Shown one piece after another: positions 14,677 to 24,556 of a stretch of 35,080 bases of DNA. Made by a program: the position numbers and the translations under genes. Origin of the DNA: Chitinophagales bacterium (GTDB lineage: Bacteria; Bacteroidota; Bacteroidia; Chitinophagales; UBA2359); assembly GCA_045105835.1 (NCBI GenBank), contig JBGCDY010000154.1:1-35080 (forward strand), written 5' to 3'. The stretch's first letter is position 1, and each line of letters starts with the position of its first letter. The notes beneath the pieces are model-generated. The model was not told where the DNA came from, searched no databases, and saw only the letters and a list, made by a program, of their open reading frames with translations.

Positions 14677-17106
14677 TTAAAGAGTTCGTTTAATTTCAAT
14701 CTCTTCAAAACCTTCAATCACATCTCCAGCCTTAATATCGTTGTAGTTTTTGATTCGAATACCACACTCTTGACCAGGTAACGCTTCTTTGACATCGTCT
14801 TTAAAACGTTTCAGAGTTTCGATTTCTCCTGTAAATACTATAATTCCATCTCTAAGCAAGTGAATTCTAGTAGCCTTAGTCACTTTACCAACTGCTACAT
14901 AACACCCTGCAACGGTACCCACTTTGGAGATTTTGAATGCTTCTCGAACTTCGATGTTGCATACAAAACGTTCTTCCACTTTTGGTTCCAACATTCCCTC
15001 CATTGCAGATTTAATTTCTTCAATGGCATCATAAATGATGGAGTAAGTTCTGATTTCGATGCTTTCTTGTTCTGCATTTCGGCGTGCATTGATTGTCGGG
15101 CGCACTTGGAATCCAACAATAATCGCATCAGATGCTGAAGCCAACAATACATCGGATTCGGTAATTGCACCTACCCCTCTATGTATCACATTGACCCTAA
15201 TCTCTTCGGTAGAAAGTTTCAACAATGAATCTGTTAATGCTTCTACAGAACCATCCATATCCCCTTTCACAATAAGGTTCAACTCTTTGAAAGTACCAAT
15301 CTTCAGACGACGGCCAATTTCCTCAAGAGTAATATGTTTAGAAGCTCTAAACCCTTGCTCTCTAATAATCTGAGCTCGCTTAGTAGCAATTGATTTGGCC
15401 TCTTGCTCGCTCTTCATGACTTTTACCCTGTCACCTGCTTGAGGTGCACCATTCAAACCAAGAATTGTTACGGGAGTAGCGGGACCAACTTTTGTTTTCA
15501 CCCTATTGCCTCTCTCGTTGAACATTGCTTTGACTTTACCAACATGCTGTCCAGCCAGTACCATATCTCCTACTTTCAGAGAACCGTTTTGAACCAAGAT
15601 ATTGGAAACATATCCTCTACCTTTATCCAATGATGCCTCCAATACAGTTCCAATTGCTTCACGATTTGGATTCGCTTTCAACTCCAAAAGCTCCGCTTCC
15701 AACAATATTTTCTCCAATAATTCATCCACATTTGTACCAAACTTAGCTGATATTTCTTGTGATTGATATTGTCCTCCCCAATCTTCTACCAATAAATTCA
15801 TGGCAGCAAGTTGTTCCTTAATTTTTTCAGGTAATGCTGTTGATTTGTCCACTTTGTTGATGGCAAAAATCATCGGTACATTTGCTGCTTGTGCGTGACT
15901 AATCGCCTCTTTTGTTTGAGGCATAATGTCATCATCTGCTGCAATAACAATCACTGCAATGTCCGTAACTTTCGCTCCCCTCGCACGCATCGCTGTAAAT
16001 GCTTCGTGACCAGGTGTATCCAAAAAGGTGATTTCTTTACCACTTTCTGTTGTCACCTCATAAGCTCCAATGTGCTGAGTAATTCCTCCCATCTCACCAG
16101 CGATTACATTTGCATTTCTAATGTAATCCAGCAAAGAAGTTTTACCATGATCAACGTGTCCCATCACCGTAACGACTGGTGCACGTGGCTCTAAGTCTTC
16201 TTCAGCATCATTGAAATAGTCTTCTTCTTCATCCTGCTCAGTAACGTTGATAAATTCAGTTTCAAATCCAAATTCATCTGCAACTAATTCGATAACCTCT
16301 GCATCCAATCGCTGGTTTATAGATACAATGATACCCAAATTGAAACAAGTCGTAATGACCTTATTAACTGCTACATCCATTAATTTGGCAAATTCATTTA
16401 CTGAAATGAACTCGGTAACACTCAATACATTGGTTTCTGTATCCTCTACCAAGTCTCGTTTGATAGCAGCTTGCTCTCTTTTTTGTTTTCTTAACTTAGC
16501 TCGGTTACTCTTCCCTTTGGAAGTACCACTAAGTTTAGCCATTGTGGCCTTGATTTTATCTTGAATCTCTTTTGCAGAAACTTCTGTTGCTTCAATGTTT
16601 CTATTTCCGCTTGTATGTGGTTTCTTTTTCCTTCTCTTTTTAACTCTGAGCGTCTTTTCGTTCGGAGTTCTTGTTTTAGTTCCTCCAGGTTGATCCGACT
16701 TCTTAATAGCTACTTTCTTATCTGTAGACTTAATAATCCTCTTTCTTCTCCTTCTCTTAGGTCTAAGCCCTCCTTCAGTACTTTCCTCTCCTTCTTTTTT
16801 ATCTTGCTTTGCAGATAAGTCAATTTTACCTATTACTGTAGGGCCCTTGAGCTGAACCTTGGGTCTCTCTTTTATTTGTCTTTCATCCCCATCTTGTTTC
16901 ACTCCATCTTGTTGGCTTCCTACATTTTTTTCTCCTTCTGTTCCTGGCTTAACCCTTCGTTTTCTCTCTTTTCGTTTTCTTTTCTTATCTGGTCGGGTCT
17001 TCCAGTTTGTGCCACTAAGGTCAATTTTACCAATAACCTTAGGTCCAGCAAGTTCAATTTCTGGAGGACTCACCACATTTGTTTGTTTAGCCTCTTTTAC
17101 AACCAC
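14677..17106 (-). CDS. infB: translation initiation factor IF-2, linker plus second IF2_N domain, GTPase and C-terminal domains (portion downstream of the in-frame TGA)
   Basis: Contains [15 protein letters not shown] (G1), DTPGHEAF (G3), NKVD (G4) and the conserved domains II, C1 and C2. The GTG at 17104-17106 is only the first permitted start after the stop; the true initiation point is unknown. Confidence 0.9.
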   Translation of the reverse strand: MVVKEAKQTNVVSPPEIELAGPKVIGKIDLSGTNWKTRPDKKRKRKERKRRVKPGTEGEKNVGSQQDGVKQDGDERQIKERPKVQLKGPTVIGKIDLSAKQDKKEGEESTEGGLRPKRRRRKRIIKSTDKKVAIKKSDQPGGTKTRTPNEKTLRVKKRRKKKPHTSGNRNIEATEVSAKEIQDKIKATMAKLSGTSKGKSNRAKLRKQKREQAAIKRDLVEDTETNVLSVTEFISVNEFAKLMDVAVNKVITTCFNLGIIVSINQRLDAEVIELVADEFGFETEFINVTEQDEEEDYFNDAEEDLEPRAPVVTVMGHVDHGKTSLLDYIRNANVIAGEMGGITQHIGAYEVTTESGKEITFLDTPGHEAFTAMRARGAKVTDIAVIVIAADDDIMPQTKEAISHAQAANVPMIFAINKVDKSTALPEKIKEQLAAMNLLVEDWGGQYQSQEISAKFGTNVDELLEKILLEAELLELKANPNREAIGTVLEASLDKGRGYVSNILVQNGSLKVGDMVLAGQHVGKVKAMFNERGNRVKTKVGPATPVTILGLNGAPQAGDRVKVMKSEQEAKSIATKRAQIIREQGFRASKHITLEEIGRRLKIGTFKELNLIVKGDMDGSVEALTDSLLKLSTEEIRVNVIHRGVGAITESDVLLASASDAIIVGFQVRPTINARRNAEQESIEIRTYSIIYDAIEEIKSAMEGMLEPKVEERFVCNIEVREAFKISKVGTVAGCYVAVGKVTKATRIHLLRDGIIVFTGEIETLKRFKDDVKEALPGQECGIRIKNYNDIKAGDVIEGFEEIEIKRTL

Positions 17107-17190
17107 CTTTTCTTCTTTATTTATAGTCTTCTCAGTATTGACTTTACCTTCAACTGTGTTACTTTCTTCAACAGTATTGGTTTTATCAAT

Positions 17191-17193
17191 TCA
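17191..17193 (-). other. infB: in-frame TGA codon interrupting infB
   Basis: The ORFs 18093-17191 and 17106-14677 are in the same frame (987 nt apart, which is 329 codons). The 28 codons between the TGA and the GTG are stop-free and read [28 protein letters not shown]. Confidence 0.9.
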
Positions 17194-18093
17194 TTTAGGT
17201 GAAGAATCCCCATCTGCATTACTTTTCAGAGTAGGAGTTTTAAGTTCTTTCTCCAACACTGGTTTTACAACCTGCTTTTGTTCCGCTTTTTGAACAGGAA
17301 TATCTTTCTTTTCTCCTTCAACTGACGAAGGTACTTCACTCTCTTGTTTTTCTTCAGTTTTCTTGGCTACAAGGTCAGAAGGTGGAGTAGTTTCAACCTC
17401 TTTTTGAGGTTCAATATCTTTAGTCTCAACGACTGGTTTAATTTTCTTTTCCTCTACTGTTGGCTCTTTGACCTTTGAGTCATCTTTTGGTAGAATCTTG
17501 CTCTCTGTAGTCTTTTTTGTCTCCGTTGATACAGAAATTGGCAAAGCTTCTTTTTCAGAGCTCGGCTGTTTTTCTTTATTTTCTTCGACAACCTTCGTTT
17601 CTTCTATGACAGGCACAGCTGGAACGATTTTATCCTGCGGGACACTTTCATCATGTTCCACAACAGGAGGAGTGACAACTTTATTAATAGCTTCTGGCTT
17701 AATTTCGGCAGAGGGCAATTCAGTAGCTATTGGCGTTACTGGGACTATAGGTGTCTTTTCTACATCAGGTTCTTTTTGAGGCGTTGTATCTTTCTTCCTA
17801 GTTTTTTTGCTAGTTGGAGAAGATGTATCTGATGTTACGGCTCTTTCATTCACTCTTTTCGTCTCTCTTTCACGCTTATTCCGCAAACTAATTAGGTTTG
17901 CTTTCTCTTTGAGTGCAATAGAAGATTTAAAATCAGTGATGAGAATATCATACATCTCCGGTGTTAACTTTGTAGTAGGTTTACTTTCTACCTCAAAGCC
18001 TTTTTTCAAGAGATGTGCCGTTATGGTATCAATACCCACGTTAATTTCTCTCGCTACCTTAGCCAGTCTTACTGCCTTTTTGGTTTCTGCCAT
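17191..18093 (-). CDS. infB: IF-2 N-terminal segment (IF2_N domain plus Pro/Glu/Lys/Thr-rich low-complexity linker), terminated by an in-frame TGA
   Basis: MAETKKAVRLAKVAREINVGIDTITAHLLKKGFEV is the IF2_N helix bundle found at the start of long bacterial IF-2 proteins. The remainder is a low-complexity linker. Confidence 0.85.
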   Translation of the reverse strand: MAETKKAVRLAKVAREINVGIDTITAHLLKKGFEVESKPTTKLTPEMYDILITDFKSSIALKEKANLISLRNKRERETKRVNERAVTSDTSSPTSKKTRKKDTTPQKEPDVEKTPIVPVTPIATELPSAEIKPEAINKVVTPPVVEHDESVPQDKIVPAVPVIEETKVVEENKEKQPSSEKEALPISVSTETKKTTESKILPKDDSKVKEPTVEEKKIKPVVETKDIEPQKEVETTPPSDLVAKKTEEKQESEVPSSVEGEKKDIPVQKAEQKQVVKPVLEKELKTPTLKSNADGDSSPK

Positions 18094-18128
18094 GTAAGCT
18101 ATTAATGTATTATTTATTAAAAGTAATT

Positions 18129-19412
18129 CTAAATTTCTTCTTCATCAAACTCCGCCTTCAAAATATTTCTTATTTCAAGAACTGTTTCTTCCTCTAAATC
18201 TGTTCTTCTAAGTAATTCTTCAATACTTAAGTCCAAGACATTTTTTGCTGTGTCACAACCAATATCCTGCAATATTTTGATAATCCACTCATCAATCTCG
18301 TCTGCAAATTCTTGAATATCTATATCATATTCATCGTTGCTTTCATCAATATCCCTAAATACATCTATCTCGTATTTAGTAAGTTTACTTGCCAGTCGAA
18401 TATTAACACCACCCTTCCCAATTGCCAAAGAAACCTGATCAGGCTTCAAATAAACAGCAGCACGAGTAGCTTCTTCATCCACATCCATGTGAACAACTTT
18501 TGCTGGTGTTAAGGCTCTTTGAATGAGTAGCTTTGTATTAGCGGTATAATTTATTATATCGATATTCTCATTTCGTAATTCTCTAACTATTCCATGAATA
18601 CGAGAGCCTTTCATCCCTACACAAGCTCCAACAGGATCTACTCTATCATCAAAGGATTCTACTGCTACTTTTGCTCTATCTCCAGGTTCTCTAGCAATCC
18701 TACGAACAGCTATTAAACCATCAAAAATTTCAGGAACTTCTAATTCTAACAACTTCGCCAAAAACATATTATCTGTTCTTGACAATATAATTCGAGGTTT
18801 ATTATTTCTCATTTCTACTTTCTTGACAACTGATCGAACAGTATCACCTTTCTTGTAGAAATCACTACCAATTTGCTCATTTTTAGGTAGAATTAATTCA
18901 TTCCCGTCATCATCTAATACCAGCATTTCACGCTTCCAAATCTGATATACCTCACCAGTGACAATCTCTCCGACCCTATCACCATATTTCTTATATAACT
19001 CATCATTTTCGAGCTCCAATATTCGTGAGATTAGTGTTTGCCGAGCAGCAAGGATAGCCCTTCTACCGAAATGCAACAAAGTAATCTCCTCATAAAGTTC
19101 CTCTCCAATCTCGTAATCCTCTTCTATTTTAATTGCTTCCAAAAAAGCAACTTCTTTATTTGGGTCTATTACTTCCCCATCATTGACAATTTCTCGTCTT
19201 CTCCAAATCTCAAGGTCACCTTTTTCCGTATTTACGATAATATCGAAGTTTTCATCACTTCCATATTTCTTTCGCAATAATGTTCTAAATACATCATCCA
19301 ACACACGCATCATTGTTGGACGATCGATATTTTTAAATTCCTTAAAATCTGCAAAGGATTCAACCAAATCAATATTTTTAGCTTTTCTCCTTGTCTTCGC
19401 CATCTTAAACAA
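18129..19412 (-). CDS. nusA: transcription termination/antitermination factor NusA
   Basis: 427 aa with the NusA N-terminal domain, S1 (GEIVTGEVYQ), two KH domains (GACVGMKGSRI, AIGKGGVNIRLA) and an acidic C-terminus. The alternative ATG at 19403 is equally plausible. Confidence 0.95.
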   Translation of the reverse strand: MFKMAKTRRKAKNIDLVESFADFKEFKNIDRPTMMRVLDDVFRTLLRKKYGSDENFDIIVNTEKGDLEIWRRREIVNDGEVIDPNKEVAFLEAIKIEEDYEIGEELYEEITLLHFGRRAILAARQTLISRILELENDELYKKYGDRVGEIVTGEVYQIWKREMLVLDDDGNELILPKNEQIGSDFYKKGDTVRSVVKKVEMRNNKPRIILSRTDNMFLAKLLELEVPEIFDGLIAVRRIAREPGDRAKVAVESFDDRVDPVGACVGMKGSRIHGIVRELRNENIDIINYTANTKLLIQRALTPAKVVHMDVDEEATRAAVYLKPDQVSLAIGKGGVNIRLASKLTKYEIDVFRDIDESNDEYDIDIQEFADEIDEWIIKILQDIGCDTAKNVLDLSIEELLRRTDLEEETVLEIRNILKAEFDEEEI

Positions 19413-19424
19413 TTTTGAATGAAT

Positions 19425-19889
19425 CTAAAATGTTACCTTTTTTTTCACATGCTTAATAGCATCAAAAGGTATCGTTGTTTCTTGAATGATTAACTTCTTC
19501 TTCTTTTGCTTGATATGTTCTTCTATCACAATTTCCTCATCTGAAGTTTCTTTGAGAATTCCCTCCTTCAAATTGCCATCTATTAGTTGAACAATCACAT
19601 GTCTTCCCTGATTTTTTTTGTATTGTCGCATCACCTTAAAAGGTTTCGACATTCCAGGAGATGATACTTCTAAATAGAGATTTTCATGCCATAGTTCCTC
19701 TTCTTCTAAACTATTTCTCAAATACTTAAATATCTTCACACAATCACCACTTGTGACATTATTATCTCTATCAACAAATATCTGGATCTTGTTTCCTGGA
19801 ACTGGTTTCAATTCTACTATAAAAAAAGAAGAATCTTCTTCAAACCTAAGTTCTAGTAATTGTTTAATTCTTTTAAGAATAGTCGCCAT
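19425..19889 (-). CDS. rimP: ribosome maturation factor RimP
   Basis: 154 aa with LEVSSPGMSKPFK and an Sm-like C-terminal domain. It occupies the canonical position upstream of nusA-infB. Confidence 0.9.
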   Translation of the reverse strand: MATILKRIKQLLELRFEEDSSFFIVELKPVPGNKIQIFVDRDNNVTSGDCVKIFKYLRNSLEEEELWHENLYLEVSSPGMSKPFKVMRQYKKNQGRHVIVQLIDGNLKEGILKETSDEEIVIEEHIKQKKKKLIIQETTIPFDAIKHVKKKVTF

Positions 19890-19902
19890 ATATCAATTTA
19901 AT

Positions 19903-19930
19903 AAAAAAGAGGGCACATATAAGCCCCCTC
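19903..19930 (-). promoter_or_regulatory. leader hairpin followed by U6, immediately upstream of the rimP start
   Basis: The minus-strand RNA is GAGGG-GGCUUAUAUGUG-CCCUC-UUUUUU: a 5 GC-rich bp stem (plus 2 inner pairs) followed by a U tract ending 13 nt before the ATG. Confidence 0.35.
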
Positions 19931-19944
19931 AACATTTTCTGCTA

Positions 19945-19952
19945 CAAAAATA
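19945..19952 (-). promoter_or_regulatory. candidate -7 box (TATTTTTG) for rimP-nusA-infB
   Basis: The reverse complement of caaaaata matches TAnnTTTG about 55 nt upstream of the rimP ATG. A second match (TAAATTTG, 20027-20034) lies further upstream. Confidence 0.35.
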
Positions 19953-20033
19953 CGTTTATTTTTTTGTCTCTAAGAAATATGTTGATGCAAACTAGAACAT
20001 TTTTCACTAATTTGTTAAATGATACAACAAATT

Positions 20034-20081
20034 TACACAAAAAAAGGGTAATTGTCTCTAATAGACCCTTACCCTTTTTAT
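20034..20081 (-). terminator. rho-independent terminator ending the ribosomal alpha operon (after rplQ)
   Basis: The minus-strand RNA is AAAAAGGGUAA-(17-nt loop with inner GUCU/AGAC pairing)-UUACCCUUUUUUU. It lies about 35 nt downstream of the rplQ stop. Confidence 0.6.
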
Positions 20082-20112
20082 AATTATACTAAAATGTCTT
20101 ATTACATCTTAC

Positions 20113-20592
20113 TTACTCTTCAGAAGAATTATCATCATTAGTAGTGTTTTCAACATCACTACTTGTAGATTTCTTACGTCCTCTACGGGTTCTTCTACGT
20201 TTTCCTGATTTAGAATCTGATTTGAGTAGGTTTTCATTATAATCTACCAACTCAATCATTGCCATTTCAGCACCATCTCCAAACCGAAAACCAAGTTTGA
20301 TTACTCTAGTGTAGCCACCGGGTCTAGTTGCTATTTTTTCACTAACCTCATCAAATAATTCTCTTACCGCTTCTTTATCTTGAAGATAAGAAAACACAAC
20401 TCTTCTATTATGCGTTGTATTTGACTTTCCTTTCGTTAATAAAGGCTCTATATATTTTCGTAAAGCCTTAGCCTTAGCTAAAGTTGTTTGAATACGTTTG
20501 TGCTTAATCAAAGAACAAGCCATATTCGCAAGTAAGGCTTTTCTATGTCCAACTTTTCTTCCGAGATGATTAAACTTTTTTCCGTGTCTCAT
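20113..20592 (-). CDS. rplQ: 50S ribosomal protein L17 (bL17)
   Basis: [25 protein letters not shown]... with a basic/acidic C-terminal tail. It is the last gene of the alpha operon. Confidence 0.97.
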   Translation of the reverse strand: MRHGKKFNHLGRKVGHRKALLANMACSLIKHKRIQTTLAKAKALRKYIEPLLTKGKSNTTHNRRVVFSYLQDKEAVRELFDEVSEKIATRPGGYTRVIKLGFRFGDGAEMAMIELVDYNENLLKSDSKSGKRRRTRRGRKKSTSSDVENTTNDDNSSEE

Positions 20593-20661
20593 GACTACAT
20601 CTATATTTCGATATTAGATACTACGATTACCTCCTTAAGGAAAACATTATTCCCCTTCAAT

Positions 20662-21660
20662 CTATTCTTCGTCGAGTTTATATTTACTCAAGTCCATTCC
20701 AAAAGAAAGTCCTTTTTCTTGAATTAGATGTTCTATTTCCATCAAGGACTTCTTTCCAAAATTTCTAAACTTTATCAATGAGCTAGTATCGTAAGTAACT
20801 AATTCTTGTAAAGTATTAATTTTAGCTGCTTTCAAACAGTTATAAGCTCTTACAGAAAGATCTAAGTCTTCTAATGGAGTTTTTAATAGCTTACGCATAT
20901 GTAATATATGTTCATCTACTATATCATCCTCTTCACCTGGTTTCTCATCAAAAGTAATCTTCTCATCAGTAATCAACATCAAATGCTGGATAAGGATTCG
21001 TGCAGATTCTTTTATTGCATCTTCAGGATGAATTGTTCCATCTGTCTTAATCTCTATAATAAGCTTCTCATAATCCGTTCTTTGCTCAACACGAGTACTT
21101 TCTACATTGTATCGAACATTTTTAATTGGAGTGAAAATAGCATCAATTGGAATCAAACCATGAACCATATCCTTCGGCTTATTATCCTCTGCAGGAACAT
21201 AACCCCTTCCTTTTTGTACAGTTAATTCAATATCCAAATTAACAAAAGACTCCATGTGACATATCACTAAATTAGGATTTGTTATCTTAAAGGTAGCAGT
21301 ATGTTTTTCAATATCTCCAGCCTCAAATTTATCCTCACCGCTTATAGACACAAATATTTTTTCTGATGTCAGATCATCATCTTTTATTATTTTCTTAAAT
21401 CTAACTTGTTTAAGATTTAAAATGATTTCTGTGACATCTTCAATAACTCCTGTTATTGTAGAAAATTCATGGTCTACACCGCTTATTTTAATTGCAGTAA
21501 TAGCATATCCTTCTAAGGAAGACAAAAGAACCCTTCTAATAGAATTACCAACAGTGACACCAAATCCTGGCTCTAATGGTTTGAATTCAAAAAGCCCTTC
21601 ATTATCTGTAATTTTATGCGCTACAATTTTATCTGGCTGATGAAATGTTAAAAGTCCCAT
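20662..21660 (-). CDS. rpoA: DNA-directed RNA polymerase subunit alpha
   Basis: 332 aa with GNSIRRVLLSSLEG, the insert and dimerisation domains, and a C-terminal domain containing LDLSVRAYNCLK. Confidence 0.97.
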   Translation of the reverse strand: MGLLTFHQPDKIVAHKITDNEGLFEFKPLEPGFGVTVGNSIRRVLLSSLEGYAITAIKISGVDHEFSTITGVIEDVTEIILNLKQVRFKKIIKDDDLTSEKIFVSISGEDKFEAGDIEKHTATFKITNPNLVICHMESFVNLDIELTVQKGRGYVPAEDNKPKDMVHGLIPIDAIFTPIKNVRYNVESTRVEQRTDYEKLIIEIKTDGTIHPEDAIKESARILIQHLMLITDEKITFDEKPGEEDDIVDEHILHMRKLLKTPLEDLDLSVRAYNCLKAAKINTLQELVTYDTSSLIKFRNFGKKSLMEIEHLIQEKGLSFGMDLSKYKLDEE

Positions 21661-21685
21661 AAATGATTTTAAATATTACTAAGAA

Positions 21686-22291
21686 TTATTTGGAGTACAA
21701 CTCCACAATCAACTGATCTTCAATATTCTCTGGTATTTGATCTCTTTCGGGTATTCCAATGAATTTTCCTTCCATTTTTGACTCATCCCAATCAAGCCAA
21801 GGAAATTTCTTTCCTTTTTTAGCTATTGAACCAGTAATCACCTCTAATTCTCTTGATTTGCTTCGTATACCTACAACATCACCAATCTTTAATCTACGAG
21901 ATGGAATATTACATTTCGATCCATTTACTAGTAAGTGGCAGTGAGTAACAAGCTGTCTAGCTGCAGGACGACTAGGAGCTAGTCCCATTCTATATACAAC
22001 ATTATCTAACCGAGATTCTAATAATTGCAGTAAGATTGTCCCAGTAATACCTTGTTTTCTACTTGCCTCTTTAAATAAATTTCGGAATTGTCTTTCCAAA
22101 ACACCATAGGTATATTTCGCTTTCTGCTTTGCCTTTAATTGAATACTATATTCAGATAACTGCTTGCGTCTTTTGGAAGTTCCATGCTGTCCAGGTGGAT
22201 GTCCTTTTTTCTCAAAGGATTTATCGTATCCGAATATCGCCTCACCAAATTTACGTGCAATTTTGGTTTTTGGTCCTATATAACGTGCCAT
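21686..22291 (-). CDS. rpsD: 30S ribosomal protein S4 (uS4)
   Basis: [17 protein letters not shown]... with the S4 RNA-binding domain [13 protein letters not shown]. Confidence 0.97.
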   Translation of the reverse strand: MARYIGPKTKIARKFGEAIFGYDKSFEKKGHPPGQHGTSKRRKQLSEYSIQLKAKQKAKYTYGVLERQFRNLFKEASRKQGITGTILLQLLESRLDNVVYRMGLAPSRPAARQLVTHCHLLVNGSKCNIPSRRLKIGDVVGIRSKSRELEVITGSIAKKGKKFPWLDWDESKMEGKFIGIPERDQIPENIEDQLIVELYSK

Positions 22292-22343
22292 ACTCTTGTT
22301 TCTATTTCTTTTTCTACGATGAACCTAATATTGAAAATTTGAG

Positions 22344-22739
22344 TTATACTCTGCGTCGCTTAGGCGGGCGACAACCATTATGAGGCAAAGGTGTTACATC
22401 ACGAATGATTGTAACCTCAATACCCATATTATGTACTTCTCTAATAGCAGCTTCTCTTCCTGATCCAGGACCTTTTACTAAGACCTCTACTCGTTTCAAC
22501 CCAGCATCCATTGCTTTCTTAGCAGCATCTCTTGCTGCTACTTGAGCCGCATAAGGAGTGTTTTTCTTAGACCCCTTAAAGCCCGCTTTACCAGCTGAGG
22601 CCCATGAAATAACTTGACCAGCAGCATTAGTAAATGAAATAATAATGTTGTTGAAGCTTGCTTTTATGTAAACTTTACCTTCAGATTCTACTCTGACGAT
22701 ACGTTTCTTAACCTTCGAAACTCGTCTTTTCTTTGCCAT
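22344..22739 (-). CDS. rpsK: 30S ribosomal protein S11 (uS11)
   Basis: ...[26 protein letters not shown]...[11 protein letters not shown]...[13 protein letters not shown]. Confidence 0.97.
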   Translation of the reverse strand: MAKKRRVSKVKKRIVRVESEGKVYIKASFNNIIISFTNAAGQVISWASAGKAGFKGSKKNTPYAAQVAARDAAKKAMDAGLKRVEVLVKGPGSGREAAIREVHNMGIEVTIIRDVTPLPHNGCRPPKRRRV

Positions 22740-22772
22740 ATTACTTACAGATAGTTAGCAATTTGATAAATA

Positions 22773-23150
22773 CTATTTCCTTGGAGCTTTTTTCTTGCCC
22801 GCAACTGTCTTCTTTTTACCTTTCCTTGTCCGAGCATTGGTGCTCGTACGTTGTCCTCGCAAAGGCAATCCCTTACGGTGACGAATTCCACGATAACATC
22901 CAATATCCATCAAGCGTTTGATATTCAGCTGCACTTCTGAACGAAGCTCACCTTCTACAGTATATTCACTTACCATAGTACGCAAACGAGTTATTTCATC
23001 GTCTGTTAATTCTTGAATTTTTTTAGTCGGCTCGATATCCGCGCTATCAAGTATTGCCAAAGCACGGGTACGCCCTATCCCATAAATATAGGTGAGCGAT
23101 ATCGAACATTTTTTATATTTGGGTAAATCAACCCCAGCTATACGTGCCAT
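22773..23150 (-). CDS. rpsM: 30S ribosomal protein S13 (uS13)
   Basis: [26 protein letters not shown]...[17 protein letters not shown]. Confidence 0.97.
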   Translation of the reverse strand: MARIAGVDLPKYKKCSISLTYIYGIGRTRALAILDSADIEPTKKIQELTDDEITRLRTMVSEYTVEGELRSEVQLNIKRLMDIGCYRGIRHRKGLPLRGQRTSTNARTRKGKKKTVAGKKKAPRK

Positions 23151-23152
23151 AT

Positions 23153-23269
23153 TTATCCTTGTCTTTGTTTAAACTTTGGATTCTTTTTATTAATTACGTA
23201 GAGTTTTCCTTTCCTGCGAACTATTTTGCAATCACTGCTACGTTTCTTAATTGATGCTCTAACTTTCAC
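23153..23269 (-). CDS. rpmJ: 50S ribosomal protein L36 (bL36), zinc-free type
   Basis: Missed by the ORF track because it is under 60 aa. The hand translation from GTG (23267-23269) is (M)[37 protein letters not shown], 38 aa. Its TAA ends 2 nt before the rpsM start. Confidence 0.93.
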   Translation of the reverse strand: MKVRASIKKRSSDCKIVRRKGKLYVINKKNPKFKQRQG

Positions 23270-23303
23270 GAGAGTATATTATTTTGTGCGTTTATTAAAA
23301 AAA

Positions 23304-23522
23304 CTATTTGTATCTATAAATAATTCTTCCTCTGCTCAAATCATAGGGAGACATTTCCAAAGCAACTTTATCCCCTGGCAAAATACGAATATAGTTCATT
23401 CTCATTTTGCCTGATATCGTAGAAACCACTATATGTCCATTTTCTAATTGAATTCTGAACATTGCATTGGATAATGCTTCTGTCACTATTCCATCTTGTT
23501 TTATAAGCTCTTGCTTTGCCAT
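23304..23522 (-). CDS. infA: translation initiation factor IF-1
   Basis: 72 aa: [30 protein letters not shown]...[30 protein letters not shown]. Confidence 0.97.
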   Translation of the reverse strand: MAKQELIKQDGIVTEALSNAMFRIQLENGHIVVSTISGKMRMNYIRILPGDKVALEMSPYDLSRGRIIYRYK

Positions 23523-23621
23523 GTTTTTTTAATAATACTCTTGAAAAAAAACAGGAGTTAGTGGACTTAAAAGTCACCCCCCTAATTCGGAGTGCAAATA
23601 TCGGTTTTTTATTGCTAATTT

Positions 23622-24440
23622 CTAAGCAATTTCACTTAATTCTGCATTATTTTTAATCGCAGCTTCAATATAGTCAAAAGTAGAAAGAATATCAGGGGTA
23701 TTTTTGTTTACTGCCACCGTATGTTCAAAGTGAGCAGAAGCTTGTCCATCTGCAGTAGAGATAGTCCATCCATCAGTACTCCTAATTACATCTTTTTTAC
23801 CCATATTTATCATAGGCTCAATTGCAATAACAAGTCCATCTAATAGTTTTGGTCCTCTGCCTCTTTTCCCAAAGTTAGGAACCTCAGGTGCTTCATGAAG
23901 TTGTCTCCCCACACCGTGACCAACTAACTCCCTAACAACACCGTATCCATATTTTTTCTCTGTATGCTGTTGAATAGCAAAGCTAATATCTCCAACTCTT
24001 TTCCCAACTACTGTTTGCTCTATTCCCTTATAAAGAGATTCTTTAGTAACCTCCAACATTTTTTTCACATTATGGTCTACCTCCCCTACACAGTAAGTAT
24101 AGGCAGAATCTCCATAATAACCATTAGCAATTACTCCACAATCTATAGACACGATATCTCCACCTTTCAATTCATACTTTCCAGGCATTCCATGTACGAC
24201 TTGATCATTCACGGAAATACATAGAGTAAAAGGGAAGTCGTTATAGCCCTTAAAACCTGGAATTGCCTTTTGATCTAAAATAAATTCTTCTGCGATCTCA
24301 TCTAATTTAATAGTTTGCACACCAGGTCGAATAAACTCAGCAACGACACCATGTGTTTTACCTACTAGTAAACAGCTATAGCGAATTAATTCTATTTCTT
24401 CTTTTGTTTTATAAAAGATTTTTTTTGACTTTTTCCGCAA
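23622..24440 (-). CDS. map: type I methionine aminopeptidase
   Basis: 272 aa with metal ligands in the DIVSIDCG, GYYGDSAYT, VGHGVG, IEPMI and AHFEHT contexts. The N-terminus has no ATG, so the start is inferred as TTG at 24438-24440 (an in-frame TAA lies 8 codons upstream). Confidence 0.92.
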   Translation of the reverse strand: MRKKSKKIFYKTKEEIELIRYSCLLVGKTHGVVAEFIRPGVQTIKLDEIAEEFILDQKAIPGFKGYNDFPFTLCISVNDQVVHGMPGKYELKGGDIVSIDCGVIANGYYGDSAYTYCVGEVDHNVKKMLEVTKESLYKGIEQTVVGKRVGDISFAIQQHTEKKYGYGVVRELVGHGVGRQLHEAPEVPNFGKRGRGPKLLDGLVIAIEPMINMGKKDVIRSTDGWTISTADGQASAHFEHTVAVNKNTPDILSTFDYIEAAIKNNAELSEIA

Positions 24441-24519
24441 TTGACCAACATTTTTAATTACTTAAACGAACTATATCAACACCAGAATAAGAGTTTCTAC
24501 TCTTTGTGTACCTATTTCA

Positions 24520-24556
24520 GAAAAAAAGTTTCCCAACATTATTTTGCAGGGAAACT
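24520..24556 (-). terminator. rho-independent terminator-like hairpin between secY and map
   Basis: The minus-strand RNA is AGUUUCCC-(14-nt loop)-GGGAAACU-UUUUUU. It has a perfect 8-bp stem (24527-24534 / 24549-24556) followed by a U tract, about 60 nt after the secY stop. Confidence 0.55.

Noticed and set aside
17191-17193. The in-frame TGA in infB as evidence for an alternative genetic code (TGA=Trp/Gly) or selenocysteine
   Set aside because: recO (14547-14549), sbcD (8773-8775) and the PaaI thioesterase (7590-7592) terminate at TGA at natural C-termini. None of the roughly 30 highly conserved ribosomal genes contains an internal TGA. The codon sits in a low-complexity linker where a catalytic Sec makes no sense, and I see no SECIS-like hairpin directly downstream.
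16247-18097. Long plus-strand ORFs antisense to infB (16247-16564, 16561-16818, 16859-17293, 16876-17202, 17468-17779, 17807-18097)
   Set aside because: They are Ser/Phe/Leu-rich mirror images of the Lys/Glu/Arg-rich IF-2 linker (AAR/GAR codons read backwards). They have no independent signals and are fully embedded in a conserved gene.
20011-20022. ttgttaaatgat near the rplQ terminator as a further copy of the ATTGTTAAATGG cassette motif
   Set aside because: Only a 10-of-12 match in AT-rich sequence, with no partner inverted copy nearby, so it is likely coincidental.
23368-23577. 69-aa ORF overlapping infA in another frame
   Set aside because: infA (23304-23522) is unambiguous, and the overlapping frame has no support.
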